NCBI GenBank assembly: GCA_951406725.2
Contig: OX597831.1
Span: forward strand, 61,132,001-61,196,000
Direction: 5' to 3'
DNA: 64,000 nt
Source: Octopus vulgaris
Taxonomy: Eukaryota
Below the pieces are notes generated by a model, which worked only from the letters and a program-made list of their open reading frames with translations, was not told the DNA's origin and did no database searches. Within the stretch, counting starts at the first letter, position 1, and every line of letters starts with the position of its first letter. Below, piece by piece: positions 13,193 through 28,959 of the stretch. Both the position numbers and the translations under genes were made by a program.

Positions 13193-13814
13193 CGTGCGTA
13201 GTAAGTAACATATATGCATACAAATCACATAGGCACACACATTCACGCATATTTGTATACATTTTAAAATTTCATTAGAAGTATGAACAACCAAAATAAA
13301 GCAACTGAAAACTGAAGTTTATAAAGAAGATGGCAAATTGCGGAAGAAAACCTTTAAAATGTATTTCATTTCACTTCAAGCTTCAAACATCAAAAGAAAT
13401 AATTACATTATATCTTTTAATCACATGAATATTGAATGAGATGAAAATATTACAAAAGGGCTTCCTCTACGTTAAGAACAGTCTTTATTTTAAAAGAATT
13501 TTATCTAAAAAGTACATATTAAGAGATATTTTTCTTTCCTTTACTTTTTGTTATAATTTGGTGTTTATGCTGAAAGCTTTCAAGAGTTTGAGATGAAATC
13601 TAACGGAACGGTATATACAGTAAACACCGCCTCCTCCGAAGTATTTCTTTGATTCATACATACTTCATTTCTGCGAACAACTTACAGCAAATTCAACATA
13701 CAAAGTAAGGAATAAACGTTTTAAAGTTTAGGGGCCATGAAAGTTCACATAGATGAAACAAATGATAACAGTTCATATATATATGCATATATACAACATA
13801 CATACATACATACA

Positions 13815-13847
<33 letters not shown>

Positions 13848-13864
13848 GTATGTATGTATGTATA

Positions 13865-13929
<65 letters not shown>

Positions 13930-13993
13930 TATATAGAAGGAGCTTCTACACGACTAGAACTGTTTCATTCAAGAGAAATCTTCAGGAAGCTCT

Positions 13994-14046
13994 GAGCTTC
14001 CTGAAGATTTCTCTTGAATGAAACAGTTCTAGTCCTGTAGAAGCTC
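13994..14046 (+). ncRNA. Type I hammerhead ribozyme-like motif (mirror copy at 13940-13992 on the minus strand)
   Basis: Stem I GAGCTTC/GAAGCTC, core CTGAAGA, stem II TTC-TCTT-GAA, GAAA, stem III ACAG/CTGT, cleavage triplet GTA. Confidence 0.65.
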
Positions 14047-14128
14047 CTTCTATATAATAAATTAATTTTACTCTGCTATGTATTGAGTACCTTATTTACT
14101 GTGGTTAACCCCGAATCAACCCGGGACC

Positions 14129-14201
<73 letters not shown>

Positions 14202-14224
14202 ATATATATATAAATATGTATATA

Positions 14225-14430
14225 CTCTTTTATTCTTTTACTTGTTTTAGACATTTGACTGCAGCTATGCTGGAGCATCCCCATTAGTCGAACTAATCGA
14301 CCCCATGACTTATTCTTTGTAAGCCGAGTACTTATTCTATCGATTTCTTTTGTCGAACCGTTAAGTTACGGGGTCGTAAACACACCAACATCGGTTATCA
14401 AGCGATGTTGCGGACAAACGCAGACACAAA
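14225..14430 (-). mobile_element. 3' half of the dominant SINE
   Basis: CTCTTTT..CTTTTACTTGTTT..CATTTGACTGCAGCTATGCTGGAGCA matches the family tail. Confidence 0.8.
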
Positions 14431-14475
14431 TAACAAACAAACATGCATATATGTATATATGCATGTTTGTGTTTG

Positions 14476-14520
<45 letters not shown>

Positions 14521-14571
14521 CATATATAAGTATTTATATATACACATACATATATATATATATGTATATAC

Positions 14572-14619
<48 letters not shown>

Positions 14620-14652
14620 GTATATATATACATATGTGTATGTGTGTGTATA

Positions 14653-15450
14653 CTAGCAGAAAGACCTCTCTCTGGGCGGTTTTCTGATTGCCTTTCGATA
14701 ATATTTTCACATTTGATTCCCAATTTTCTAATAATTATTGTATTTTACAACAAATTATTTCTTTGTATAGTAGTGCTCACTTGCTTAATAAATATTGCTT
14801 TCATTACTTTATCACAGTCATAATCTCTCTCTTTTAAACAAACATCACAGTAGTCCAACAAAAGAGGGAGAAACAATTATTCAAGTTTTACCTCGCCCAC
14901 CCCAAATCAACATAGAGATTACAATGCAACAACCCATATGTAAGCTTTTCAGTGTGTGTCTGAGAGAGAGAAACGGGGAAAGAGAACATTGTAAAAATGA
15001 AATAACCATGAAATTAAAATCGTATAAATAAAAGAGCATTACTACAGATGTATACGAGCCACACTTTGTTGCCTCATAACATTCGGAAAATGGATGCATT
15101 TTAACTAAATTTGCTACAAATACCGCTTAGATGTTTTGGCTTCAGAGTATGGGACAGACTTTTTCCGAGTGGGTGGAGAGTGGAGTTTTGGAAAATTTAC
15201 ATGATCTGACTTTTTCCCCCTCATAATTTTCAGGAAATTGGTAATCTTTTAATGAAAATTTATAAAAACCCATCCCTTTCAAACGACATACATTACGATT
15301 ATAAAGAAATTTGTGGGGAAATTTTTTTCGAGAATTTCCCCAATTTTTTTAACCACAAGCCTTCGATATGATGGGGTTGGGGGTCATTTTTCTATGAAAA
15401 ATTATTTGAAATCTCTTTTTTTTTACACACACACCCTTATTCATCACCCC
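14653..15450 (-). mobile_element. Possible Helitron 3' portion
   Basis: Minus strand ends ...CCGCCCAGAGAGAGGTCTTTCTGCTAG-T (weak hairpin plus CTAG); distal boundary uncertain. Confidence 0.35.
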
Positions 15451-17170
15451 ATTCCGGAGCTGTTTTGGCTAATTTTTTCTTTGCCCTTCAAAACCCAGGA
15501 CCGGAGTATTTTCGGTGATTTTTTTTTTAATTGTTAATATTTTCAGAGGGATAAGTGAGTACATTAAGGGCGATTTGGATGTTGTTTCTAGCACATCCAA
15601 AGACAACCCACCTGGTTTCTTTATCGCTCTCGCATGTATTGATATGTTTTCCCCTTGAATATGTTTTCCCCATGAATACATTTATATCTTATAAAAAAGA
15701 AAATTTGAGAAATTATTAACTTTTTGCAACCCTACTCCCTGACCCCGTTTTTTTCTGTTTGGAAATTAAAATATTGGAGAGCCTGAGAAGGTCTTTGGAG
15801 GCATTTATCCAAAGTAGTTTTAAAAAATTACGGAGATGCACTTGCATAGCAAATGACTTGACCTGAGTTTGCGAGCTGAAGCAAAAATAATTGCAGCGTG
15901 GAAGCCATGTTTGTAAGTCATTGAAGAACACGCAAATGAGTTTCATTTCAACATTTAAATTTCATTTCTGTGAAAATGTTTTCCTCGCTTTGAAACCGCG
16001 ACCTGTTCACTGACAAAACTTCACGAAAGTGTCTCACACAAAATTTTATCAGTGAACTGGTCGCTGCTTCGAAGCGACGAAAATATTTTCACAGAAATGA
16101 AATTTAAATTACGGAGATCTAATTGCGTAGCGAGTGTGATGCAGCACGAAGCTTTGTCAGTGAACAGGTCGCGGTCTCAAAGCGACGAAAATATTTCGAC
16201 AAATTAAATTTAAATGTTGAAGTGAATCTAATGGTTTTGTGTGTTTCTTGAAATTTAAATGTTTTGTGTGTTCTTCAATGGCTTACAAACATACCCCATG
16301 TTGCAATTATTGTTGATTTTTAAAAAGTGTTATCTAAACGAGAATTCATTTTAATGGCATACTTTTCGGTTAGAAAATTTTTATTCTTACACACACACAC
16401 ACACACGCGCGGCTTCGCTCGATTCAGGTGAGGGTAAAAATTTCGATGACAATTTATTTTGTTGTTTTTCTTCCAACAATGGATCACACGTGTGTTACTT
16501 CGGCTCCAGTATTCCATAAGATATGCTTAATGGAAGAAAAATATTGAGAAAACATCAATACATGTGAGAGTGAAAAAGGAGAGTGGTTCGGGTTGTGCTA
16601 GAAACAACAGTGAAACTTCCCTTGAATTGTTCGCCATTTCCTCTGAAAATATTTATAATATGTTTTGTTTTGTTTTGTTTCTCTACTGCAAAAAGCGGAT
16701 CTTTTCGGTTTGAACGGCAGTTTTTAACAATTTCTAGACAACTAAAAAATTTTAAACTTCGTATACTGGTAGAATGTGTTTATAAAATATCTTTTTCTCT
16801 TGGCTTTATTGAGAAAATTCTATAGTTTCTAAGATATTTGTTGTTTTTTCTTCAATTTCTGCAATTTCAACCATTCACTGACGTCTATTGAGGTAAAAAA
16901 AAACATTCTGTGTCGTATGAATATGTCCCTCGTTTGAGAAACAGATTGGGTTAATTTACATTTGTGAAGAAAAAAGATACCCTTCCCCCACTCCTAACCT
17001 TAACCCTAAAACATATTGAAATACAATAGATCGATACTAGGGTCATTAATTATGGATGATAATTTCATATGACATCGCTAGAAAAACTGCCGTTCAAACC
17101 GAAACGATCCCAAAAAGCTCCTCTCATGGTTTTTAAGTTAGAAAAGAAAATGGGAAAAATCGGTCTGGAT
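15450..17170. mobile_element. Old foldback / long-TIR element, interrupted by the MITE at 16697
   Basis: Nested inverted matches: AATATTTTCAGAGG/CCTCTGAAAATATT, GTTGTTTCTAGCACA/TGTGCTAGAAACAAC, CCGCGACCTGTTCACTGACAAA/TTTGTCAGTGAACAGGTCGCGG. Confidence 0.7.
16697..17110. mobile_element. Second copy of the 8-bp-TSD MITE
   Basis: Same TIRs and body as 11163-11596; perfect TSD CAAAAAGC at 16689-16696 and 17111-17118. Confidence 0.9.
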
Positions 17171-17847
17171 AGTTATTATTGTAAGTTGTATTGGGTTCCA
17201 AACAACCATAACAACAAAATCACTTTAGAATTCTTTGCACAAAAATTATGCATGTAATTTTTTAAAAAAAGTTTCATTCAATAAGTAATGTTTTTACATT
17301 ACATATACATTAATAGAATAAACTGTTGACTTTCCAAATAGCGAATTAAAACATAAAATGAAAACATTAAAACAGAAAGTGAGAGACTTTGCAAATAAAA
17401 ATGAAATGTACCGTAGTGAATGCAATGAATATTTAAATTTACGAGAAACTGGAGTTAAAAAATTCAATAAACTTGAGAAATCGAAATAACATGAAATTTC
17501 TTAGAACATTAATTTATAAAAAAATATTTCCAGCAGACAGTTAACACTTTAATGATTGCTTTCTTTTAGTAGTTTTAGTAATTGTTACACACCTAATTCA
17601 CAAGCAACTTTCTCCATTATAGTATATATATTTACCCCTTCCGCTCACTATGAAACAAATATAGTCCGGATCATATCTACTCCATTCCTTAACACAGTAA
17701 TTTCCCTTTGTTTTAACGGTCATTTTCATAGCATTATTTTCGATGGTCCGATAACTGAAGAGATGCCGGCGTGGGTTTCCGCCCCGACATCCGAAACTCG
17801 GAGTTTTTTTATGGCTACCGAATAATTGTCACATATTATATTTACAG

Positions 17848-18052
<205 letters not shown>

Positions 18053-18059
18053 GGATAAC

Positions 18060-18775
18060 TTATAGAAGTATCGGCCGAAGATGGCCTAGGCCTAGACTAA
18101 TTTAATAGCACCGCATGGAATAGATACACAGTCAGCTCTTGGGCGCCATAGCCAATTCGAGCAGGGAATTATTGTCTTCAGAGACATATCCGGGTGTGGG
18201 TGGTTTCTCTGGTATTTGTTGGAAGTAATCGTGTAAGCCTGTTTAAATACTGTGAAATCCCTTTCCGCATTTTTGTGGTCTGGCACCATGTTGTAAAGAG
18301 CAGAGCCTGTTGAGGTGAAATGTTTCTGTCTTAGTGTTGTGATACTACACGAACATGATTTCTGTAGTCGAAGGACTGCACAGGGTGGGGAACAAGCCTA
18401 GGCTGAATTTTAAAGATGATAGCTATATCATTTGGGGAATGTTCACGTAATATTTTCTACACCATACAGATGATGTAGCGCTCACAGTGGTATTGAAGGA
18501 ATAAATCCTGAGCTTTTGAATCGATCCCAATAGTTAAGGATTGTTATGTCATCTACTTTTTGTGATTGATCTCTGGGGAGCTTCAATTATTGTAATATTG
18601 TAATATCGTGTAGGGGACCACAGCGGACAACAATGTTCAAGGTGAGGGCGAGCAAAAGTAGAGAAAAGAAGGATAATAATAGGAACGACTCTAGACTGAA
18701 ACCTCCTGAGGATCCAGGAGTACGCCCTGCGATCCATGTCAACTTTGCTGTTTATGTGAGCACTCCAGTATATTT
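18060..18775 (-). mobile_element. Degenerate CR1-like LINE ORF2 3' fragment
   Basis: Translation WILRRF...FARPHLEHCCPLWSP...IEAPQRSITK matches the RPHLEYC..VWSP...LE.VQRR.TK pattern of CR1/L2 RT C-termini. Confidence 0.8.
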
Positions 18776-18848
18776 TGTTGTCAACAGTAACACATAATTT
18801 ATATATATAAGTGTATGTGTGTATGTATTATATATATATGTGTGTGTA

Positions 18849-18932
<84 letters not shown>

Positions 18933-19079
18933 TTGTTTAGTCAACATAGTATATAATTTTATGAGATACTAATAGTTTCATGCAGTGAAATAGACACAGA
19001 CAACATTTTATAACAGGTCTGGTGCCTTCATTCAATCTTCAGGCTTTGCTGACGTACCATATGCAAGCTATAACAGTAT

Positions 19080-19250
19080 GTTTTGAAGCGTTTGAAGGAG
19101 GACATTCGGCAAAAGTGGCCGGATCTGTGGAGCGCGAAGAATTGGATTCTTCACATAAACAATGCACCCTGACACCGTTCTTTCCTCACTCGTGAGGCTC
19201 TCTCCAAAAACTACACAGTATCACTTCGGCAAATATCTTATTCGCTAGAC
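19080..19250 (+). mobile_element. mariner transposase fragment
   Basis: VLKRLKEDIRQKWPDLWSAKNWILHINNAP*H...SYSLD resembles W.LHHDNAP.H...PYSPDL. Confidence 0.8.
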
Positions 19251-20043
19251 AGGAGAAATCGGTCTTGATTTTAAACTTTGTTCCTTGTTTGAAAGTAAAT
19301 TCAGAGCCTTCAAACAAGTAACTTGGTTTAAAATCAAGGCCAACTGCTCCTGTTCCTCCGAGAACCGCATCTAAGTTCTCACATGCGCTGGTTGCCAACA
19401 CAATTATGCTGGACAAACGAGCCTTCCTTTACGCAGAAGACTAGCAGTCCATAAAGAACAGATATATCTACCACAATACCGTCAAATTCCACTCAGTAGT
19501 CCCATAGACTCTTGCGCTAGAGATAAAAATCCCAAATTTCACATATTCCCTTTCTACCAATGTAAAGACAGAATCTCTACACAAGAAACAATAAACAAGG
19601 ATAATCCTTTTATTGAAAAATTCCAAACGGATTTATTTTAATAAAAAAATGCGTGCGCCTGTTCTTGAGAAAGCTTTCAATCCGTTTACGAATTACCTCA
19701 TTTCCAGTGAATGCAAGGAGCTTTTCAAGTCTCTCTGAGTAGTAACCAGTCGCTGATGTTCTTTATCCGTAGTAGCTCCCGTTAATTGTATATAAGAGAG
19801 CAGGGAAACGGTACTTTAGAAGAGATAGTGTCTTATCTCAAAGTGTTCTGAATCTAAAGTACTAGAGTTGAAGAATACAATCTAAATTATTCGATGTGTC
19901 CTTCAAAATTCCATACCACACAATGTGGTGTTAAGTATATTATGCTCTCTTTTATCGAATGTTGATTTTCTAAATGTGACATCTTTGTTGCAGATAGAAT
20001 TAATTTCATGTGTAGTAATGTTAAACTGCAATTATGTATGTAC

Positions 20044-20108
<65 letters not shown>

Positions 20109-20822
20109 CGTGTAGGTATTATGTAGATGTGAAAATACGTGGTGTAGGTTATCTTTTAGAATGCCAGTCATTCTATGATGCAGGTAGACCGCTTGTTTCT
20201 TCAGGAAAATTTAATATACGTCCACTCAGAAAACAATAATGGTGAAATAAGTGCTAAAGCAGAGGAAATGATATCGTCTTTTTTTTCTATCGTAATGCTA
20301 CCTCAAATGTGTTCACTTGATATATTGAAATCTTTGTCTTTGTGGAATGCATTTATATTCCCATACACACACAGACACGTATGACTCTGTGTGTGTGTGT
20401 GTCTATGTGTGTTGTTGTTGTGTGTTCTAGAGTCAATTATATTCAATTATATTGTATGAATAAACAATGGTGGGAAGTAACCACCATGAATTATGGGAAA
20501 TCAGTTGACGGTTGTATTATACAGATGTGTGTATGTAAACTACATTAGCAATTGAAAAGTTATTGGCATAAGTATGCAGTACCCTTAAATAATATTTGAA
20601 ATGATGGAATATTTGAAATCGTATAATATGCAGATAAAAACGAATATTAACAAAATCTAAACTCTAGTTTTACCAAAAATAACGTATTCCCGCCAAATCA
20701 GCAATAGATACAGATCAAAAGTGTAGCAACGCCCGAATATAAGTATTATATTAACATGCAAAAACATTAAATTATTAGCAGGAACTATTTCTGACAAACA
20801 AAAGCATACTAATTAGAATACT

Positions 20823-21030
20823 AATCAGTCGCCATGATAGATCGTTAGCCACTACACACATTTTTTCTCTCCTTGTTTCTCTCCTTGTTTTATCTGTGGC
20901 CCTTTCTGTAGAAGAGCGTAGGCTCGAAACATAAAATATTTTTTCTATTCCTGAGCGTTATACTAATACATCTGTTTGTTTTGTACACCACCTGTCTTCG
21001 TCTTTTGTTTTTTTCGTAAACTCTCCCTAT
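20823..21030 (+). mobile_element. Penelope-like 3' terminal fragment with TSD
   Basis: Copy of 1010-1203; flanked by TAATTAGAATACT (20810-20822) and TAATTAGAATGCT (21033-21045). Confidence 0.7.
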
Positions 21031-21424
21031 ATTAATTAGAATGCTGTTTGATTAAATTATCATTCTATACATTCACTCAGAAACAATGATGATGAAATAA
21101 GTGCTATAGTAGAGAAAATGATATAGTCTTCTTTTCTTACGTTAGTGATGATGTCTTTGTTATATTATATATGCGAATGAAAGTGAAATTTTCAGTAGAA
21201 CAGCAACGCCTTAGTAATAGAGGATACTTTAAAATCTTAAATACCAGAGAGAGACTTGGCGTATGGAAATAACTGCCGCATCTTAACATTTATATTACTA
21301 TTTCAACATATAACAGACCTCATAACTTAATGTATTATTAAGACAATTTTAAGATTTGAAATCCAATGGACTTCTCTGCCAAAAACCGGGCTCGCGCTAG
21401 GTACTAAAAGACATCAACCGCATT

Positions 21425-21485
<61 letters not shown>

Positions 21486-21547
21486 GTGTGTGTGTGTGTG
21501 CGTGTGTGCGTGTGTATAAATATATATATATATAAAATTATAAATTA

Positions 21548-21769
21548 GGGTATCTACGAGATACCACCATGCTGAAAATAGCAGCCATGATCTGACTCTA
21601 AAACCACCTTAATTGTCCATGTAGCAACACGGAGAGAAAACAAGTAATTTATTACTACTTTCATCTTGTCTCTTTGTTTTCTTTCCGTGTTGCTATATGG
21701 ACAATTAAGGTGGTTTTAGAGTCAGATCACGGCTGCTATTTTCAGCATGGTGTTATCTCGTAGATACCC
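21548..21769. mobile_element. Palindromic MITE with ~95-bp arms (GGG terminus, possibly PIF/Harbinger-type)
   Basis: GGGTATCTACGAGATA.CACCATGCTGAAAATAGCAGCC... / ...GGCTGCTATTTTCAGCATGGTGTTATCTCGTAGATACCC. Confidence 0.8.
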
Positions 21770-21831
21770 TTGCCACTTCATAAAATCGTTATTTTATTTT
21801 AAATTAACGATCTTGTCCTTATTTATATATA

Positions 21832-22233
21832 TACTCTTTTACTCTTTCTCTTTTACTTGTTTCAGTCATTTGACTGCGGCCATGCTGGAGCACCACCTTT
21901 TAGTCGAGCAAATCGACCCCGGGACTTATTCTTTGTAAGCCCAGTACTTATTCTATCGGTACCCTTTGCCGAACCGCTAAGTGACGGGGATGTAAACACA
22001 CCAGCATCGGTTGTCAAGCAATGCTAGGGGGACAAACACAGACACACAAACACACACATACATATATATATACATATATACGACAGGCTTCTTTCAGTTT
22101 CCGTCTACCAAATCCACTCACAAAGCATTGGTCAGCCCGGGGCTACAGTAGAAGACACTTGCCCAAGATGCCACGCAGTGGGACTGAACCCAGAACCATG
22201 TGGTTGGTTAGCAAGCTACTTACCACACAGCCA
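21832..22233 (-). mobile_element. Near-full-length dominant tRNA-derived SINE
   Basis: Head TGGCTGTGTGGTAAGTAGC...GGGTTCAGTCCCA, internal (TA)/(TG) tract, (GTAAAAGA)-like tail. Confidence 0.9.
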
Positions 22234-22681
22234 GTTGAGGTGTGTTCTGTTAAGAATTTATAAGAGTACAAATAGAGCTCTTTCATCCTTAGAATTCCCA
22301 AATAGCCGGTAGTATTCTTATGGTATGCTACCAATTCTAGTCTTAGGTATTCCTCGTTTGTGAAAATAAAAATAAAAAGTAAAACGTAAAAGAGTCAAAA
22401 GGAAGAGTAAAGAATATGCTTTCAAAGAAGAAGCCATGGATGTTGTAGCATGGAAATCTAAATGTACTTACGGAGACAGCAACTGAATATCACCTGAGGA
22501 GTTACATATGGAGTTTTCTTATACAGGTAAATCGCTACATAACTAAATTTAAACTCATCTTTAAAACTTGTATATACGAGGATCTATATGTATCAAAACA
22601 TTTGTAGAGATTAAAAACCTGCCTAACCGTACTTACTCTTCCTTTTCACTCTTTCACTTTTTACTTTATATATATATAATT

Positions 22682-24800
<2,119 letters not shown>

Positions 24801-25605
24801 TTTTCGAAAATTTTCCCTAAAATATTTGAAATTTTTTGAAAATATTTTGAAAATTTTCCCCAATGATTTTTGAAAAAGTGAGACAGAGAGAGAGAGTAAG
24901 TGACGATATTAATGAAATATAAACTGTAAAATGCTTTGTCTTTTCTTAAACTCGAGATATAGTGTTCAAATTTAGGAACATATATACTTTCTCACACAAC
25001 AATTACAATATATTTATTTTATCATTTATTTATTTAAATCTTTCATCTACCCCCCTCTCTCTCACACACATTACTTTGGGTGCGAAAGAGTTTGTTTTTA
25101 TTTTACGCCGAGTAAAATGTGTTTTGTTGACAATCCATTTATTTAACAAAGAAACCAATTCGAATAACAATAATAATAATTTAAATTCAATTAATAATTC
25201 GAATTATGGTTACAGTCAATCTTCAGGTTAATTGTAATATTTCAATAAATAATCAGAAATATTTAAACAATATTTTTTAAGAAATAAATAATATAATAAA
25301 TTTTCTTATAAAAGACTCTATTATCAAACTAGAAACTTAACGATTATGATTATGTCAAAACAACGATTATAATGTTAAATATTAATTTTAATTTTTAAGT
25401 ATTAATTTTTAAGGTAAGAAACCCACCAATGATCTAATATCAGTAATAGTCATAAATATCTAGTTACATAAATATTTTACAAAAAAACGACTCTTCATAT
25501 TATTAAAATATAAAATTTAAATAATATATAAATTATCAATGAAAATATAAAAATGTATATAAATATTATAATTAAGATTATATTATAATATATTATATTA
25601 TAATA

Positions 25606-26440
25606 GGCGCAGGAGTGGCTGTGTGGTAAGTAGCTTGCTAACCAACCACATGGTTCCGGGTTCAGTCCCACTGCGTGGCATCTTGGGCAAGTGTCTTCTA
25701 CTGTAGCCCCGGGCTGACCAATGCTTTGTGAGTGGATTTGGTAGACGGAAACTGAAAGAAGCCTGTCGTATATATGTATATATATATATGTGTGTGTTTG
25801 TGTGTCTGTGTTTGTCCCCCTAGCATTGCTTGACAACCGATGCTGGTGTGTTTACATCCCCGTCACTTAGCGGTTCGGCAAAGGGTACCGATAGAATAAG
25901 TACTGGGCTTACAAAGAATAAGTCCCGGGGTCGATTTGCTCGACTAAAAGGTGGTGCTCCAGCATGGCCGCAGTCAAATGACTGAAACAAGTAAAAGAGA
26001 AAGAGTAAAAGAGTATATATATAAATAAGGACAAGATCGTTAATTTAAAATAAAAAGACGATTTTATGAAGTGGCAAGGGTATCTACGAGATAACACCAT
26101 GCTGGCATGCGTGGCATCTTGGGCAACTGTCTTCTGCTATAGCCTCGGGCCGACCAATGCCTTGTGAGTGGATTTGGTAGATGGAAACTGAAAGAAGCCT
26201 GTCGTATATATGTATATATATGTATATGTGTGTGTGTGTGTGCCCGTGTTTATTCCCATAGCATTGCTTGACAACCGATGCTGGTGTGTTTACGTCCCCG
26301 TCACTTAGCGGTTCGGAAAAAGAGACCGATATAATAAGTACTGGGCTTACAAAGATTAAGTCCCAGGGTCGATTTGCTCGACTAAAGGCGGTGCTCCAGC
26401 ATGGCCGCAGTCAAATGACTGAAACAAGTAAAAGAGTAAG
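25606..26440 (+). mobile_element. Compound SINE: full copy 25606-26015, duplicated flank, second SINE body 26108-26440
   Basis: Starts GGCGCAGGAGTGGCTGTGTGGTAAG; 25616-26104 is a near-identical inverse of 21743-22233. Confidence 0.9.
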
Positions 26441-27511
26441 ATCTAAAATAATCTCTATAAATAAATATATGTGCACATATAATGAAGACCTAATAAATTA
26501 ATTTTTCATATTTAAAGATGAAATAGCTAATTTCAAAAATACAAATAAACAAACGAACACTATAGCAAATTAACTATCTTTATATCTCTTATTTTTAAAA
26601 TACTTAAAGAAATAATCAATTCGTAGTTTATAGTATCAAATAAATACTATAAATATATTTATCAATGGGAATATAATAAAACTAGCAGATAACAAATTAA
26701 AAAGACAATATATAAGTTAAAATAATAATTATAAGAAATTTAAAACTACAATTAATGCTATTAATACATGTATATACATGAATCTAACTTAAAACAACTC
26801 GTATACTTGCTATCAAACAACATATCTATCGCTAAGTAAATTCTTACGAATAAACTTAAAGTTAATATCTAATAATTATATAGAAAATTACGATAATTAG
26901 ATAAACAACGATATTTACATAAAAAAACAATAATATTATACCATACGACTTATAAAATATTAAAATTTAAAGTTTATAGATCTTAAATATAAATAAATAC
27001 TTAGCTTAGCGAGGTTTTGCGATGAACTAAAATTTTGATTCGGAAAACGTCTTTACAGCGTTTATAAGAATACTCGTGGAATTACGTTATTAGCAAAAAA
27101 AGAATAAATTGTTGAAGAATTCATTAAGCGTGAGGAACAAATACGCCTTATCAATGAATATTGTGAATGGGAACTGTTATGATTTATCAATAAATGTAAA
27201 TAGAATGAAGTCACAAATAAAGAATAGAATCACTCTATACTATAAGATTTATTAATAAATTACTATCATAAATAATACTTAATACAGAATAAATTAAATA
27301 ATTAAAAACCGCTAATTATTATATATACTCTAAAAATCTTATAAGATTAAAAAATATATCAAAAAATTATTATAGTAACCCCTCACCTATTAAATTCTTT
27401 CCCAAATATTCTTATAATTAAAGCTAAAATTAGTGATCATAACCAAAATCTCTAAAATACTAATCAAAATTTGAGGTACAACTATACATGCGTATACATA
27501 TATATATAAAT

Positions 27512-27564
<53 letters not shown>

Positions 27565-27579
27565 CATACACATACATAC

Positions 27580-27611
<32 letters not shown>

Positions 27612-27746
27612 GCACATACATACATACACATATATACACACACCCATACACACACACATAAATAAATGCATATACATATACATATATATATATACACGTA
27701 CATAAACATATACACATATATACATACATACACACACAAACACATA

Positions 27747-28142
27747 TCTTTATATATAAAAGTGAAGTTGTGTGTCTGTCTCCTACGATTTAGATTCCTA
27801 ACTACTCCCACATTTTGCGGTGCAGTTTAACCAAAGCCGGGTATCTTATAGTCGTGATTCATATCGAGCACTTCTGGGTATTAGCGCGCGTCTACGATGA
27901 GTCTACGATTTAAAAAAAAATTACCATCATTTTTTCCATTTTAATGCATTTTTTCGCTATTATATAAGGGAAGTAACTCTCTAAAAATGTCTACGATGTG
28001 TCGACGATTTAAAAAATAATTTACCATAATTTTTTTTCCATTTTTAATGCATTTTTTTGCTATTTTTTGGCTATAACTCTCTAAAAATGCTTATATAGTT
28101 ATTTCCCTTACAAACCCGAGCAACGCCGGGCCATACTGCTAG
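27747..28142 (+). mobile_element. Complete non-autonomous Helitron
   Basis: Inserted between A and T, 5' TC, 3' hairpin CCCGAGCAACGCCGGG then CTAG; internal ~100-bp tandem duplication. Confidence 0.9.
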
Positions 28143-28796
28143 TATCATATAAATAAATACGTATATACATGTCTAAATTAATACTTCAATACAAACATAG
28201 AGGTAAAAATTAAGTTTAATCTATATATTCTATCTTACTAATCTATACTTCTATATTAAATAAAATAGATTAAATAAACATCCAACTAAATCTATTTCAA
28301 ATATAAAGAGATTATATACATATAGATTGATTTAACAAAATTATAACAAAACGATAATTTAACAAAATTATAACAGAACTATAACAAAATATATAAACTT
28401 AACTTTATCATAAGATAAATATATATATATATTGTATATCATATTAATACTCAACACTATTATGAAGTAATAAATTTATGAAATTAATAGCATATTACAT
28501 TATTTTTTTAATATAACATATAAAAATAAAAAATTAAAAATTTAAAAAAAAACACGTAATAAGTACTATAAATCACCTACTATATTTTACATTAATACTA
28601 GGGCTAAGAAATATTCGTTATTTATCTAGAAATTTCTTATATAAGTAAAGGAACTTGTGTCTGCATTTTATTTTGCGCTCATCCCAGATATTCACTAAAT
28701 TATCATGCTTATAAAAAAAATTTCCTTAAACTCGTTTGAACATAAATAACAAAAATTCGTTCCTATACTATAAGATTTAGCCCGACTTATTATTTC

Positions 28797-28885
<89 letters not shown>

Positions 28886-28959
28886 ATAATATATTATATA
28901 TACATATATATTATATATATATATATAAATATATATATATGTTATATATATATACATTT

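Noticed and set aside
15950-16220. CRISPR-like repeat array
   Set aside because: Few, irregular, partly inverted units within a foldback element; eukaryotic context, no cas genes
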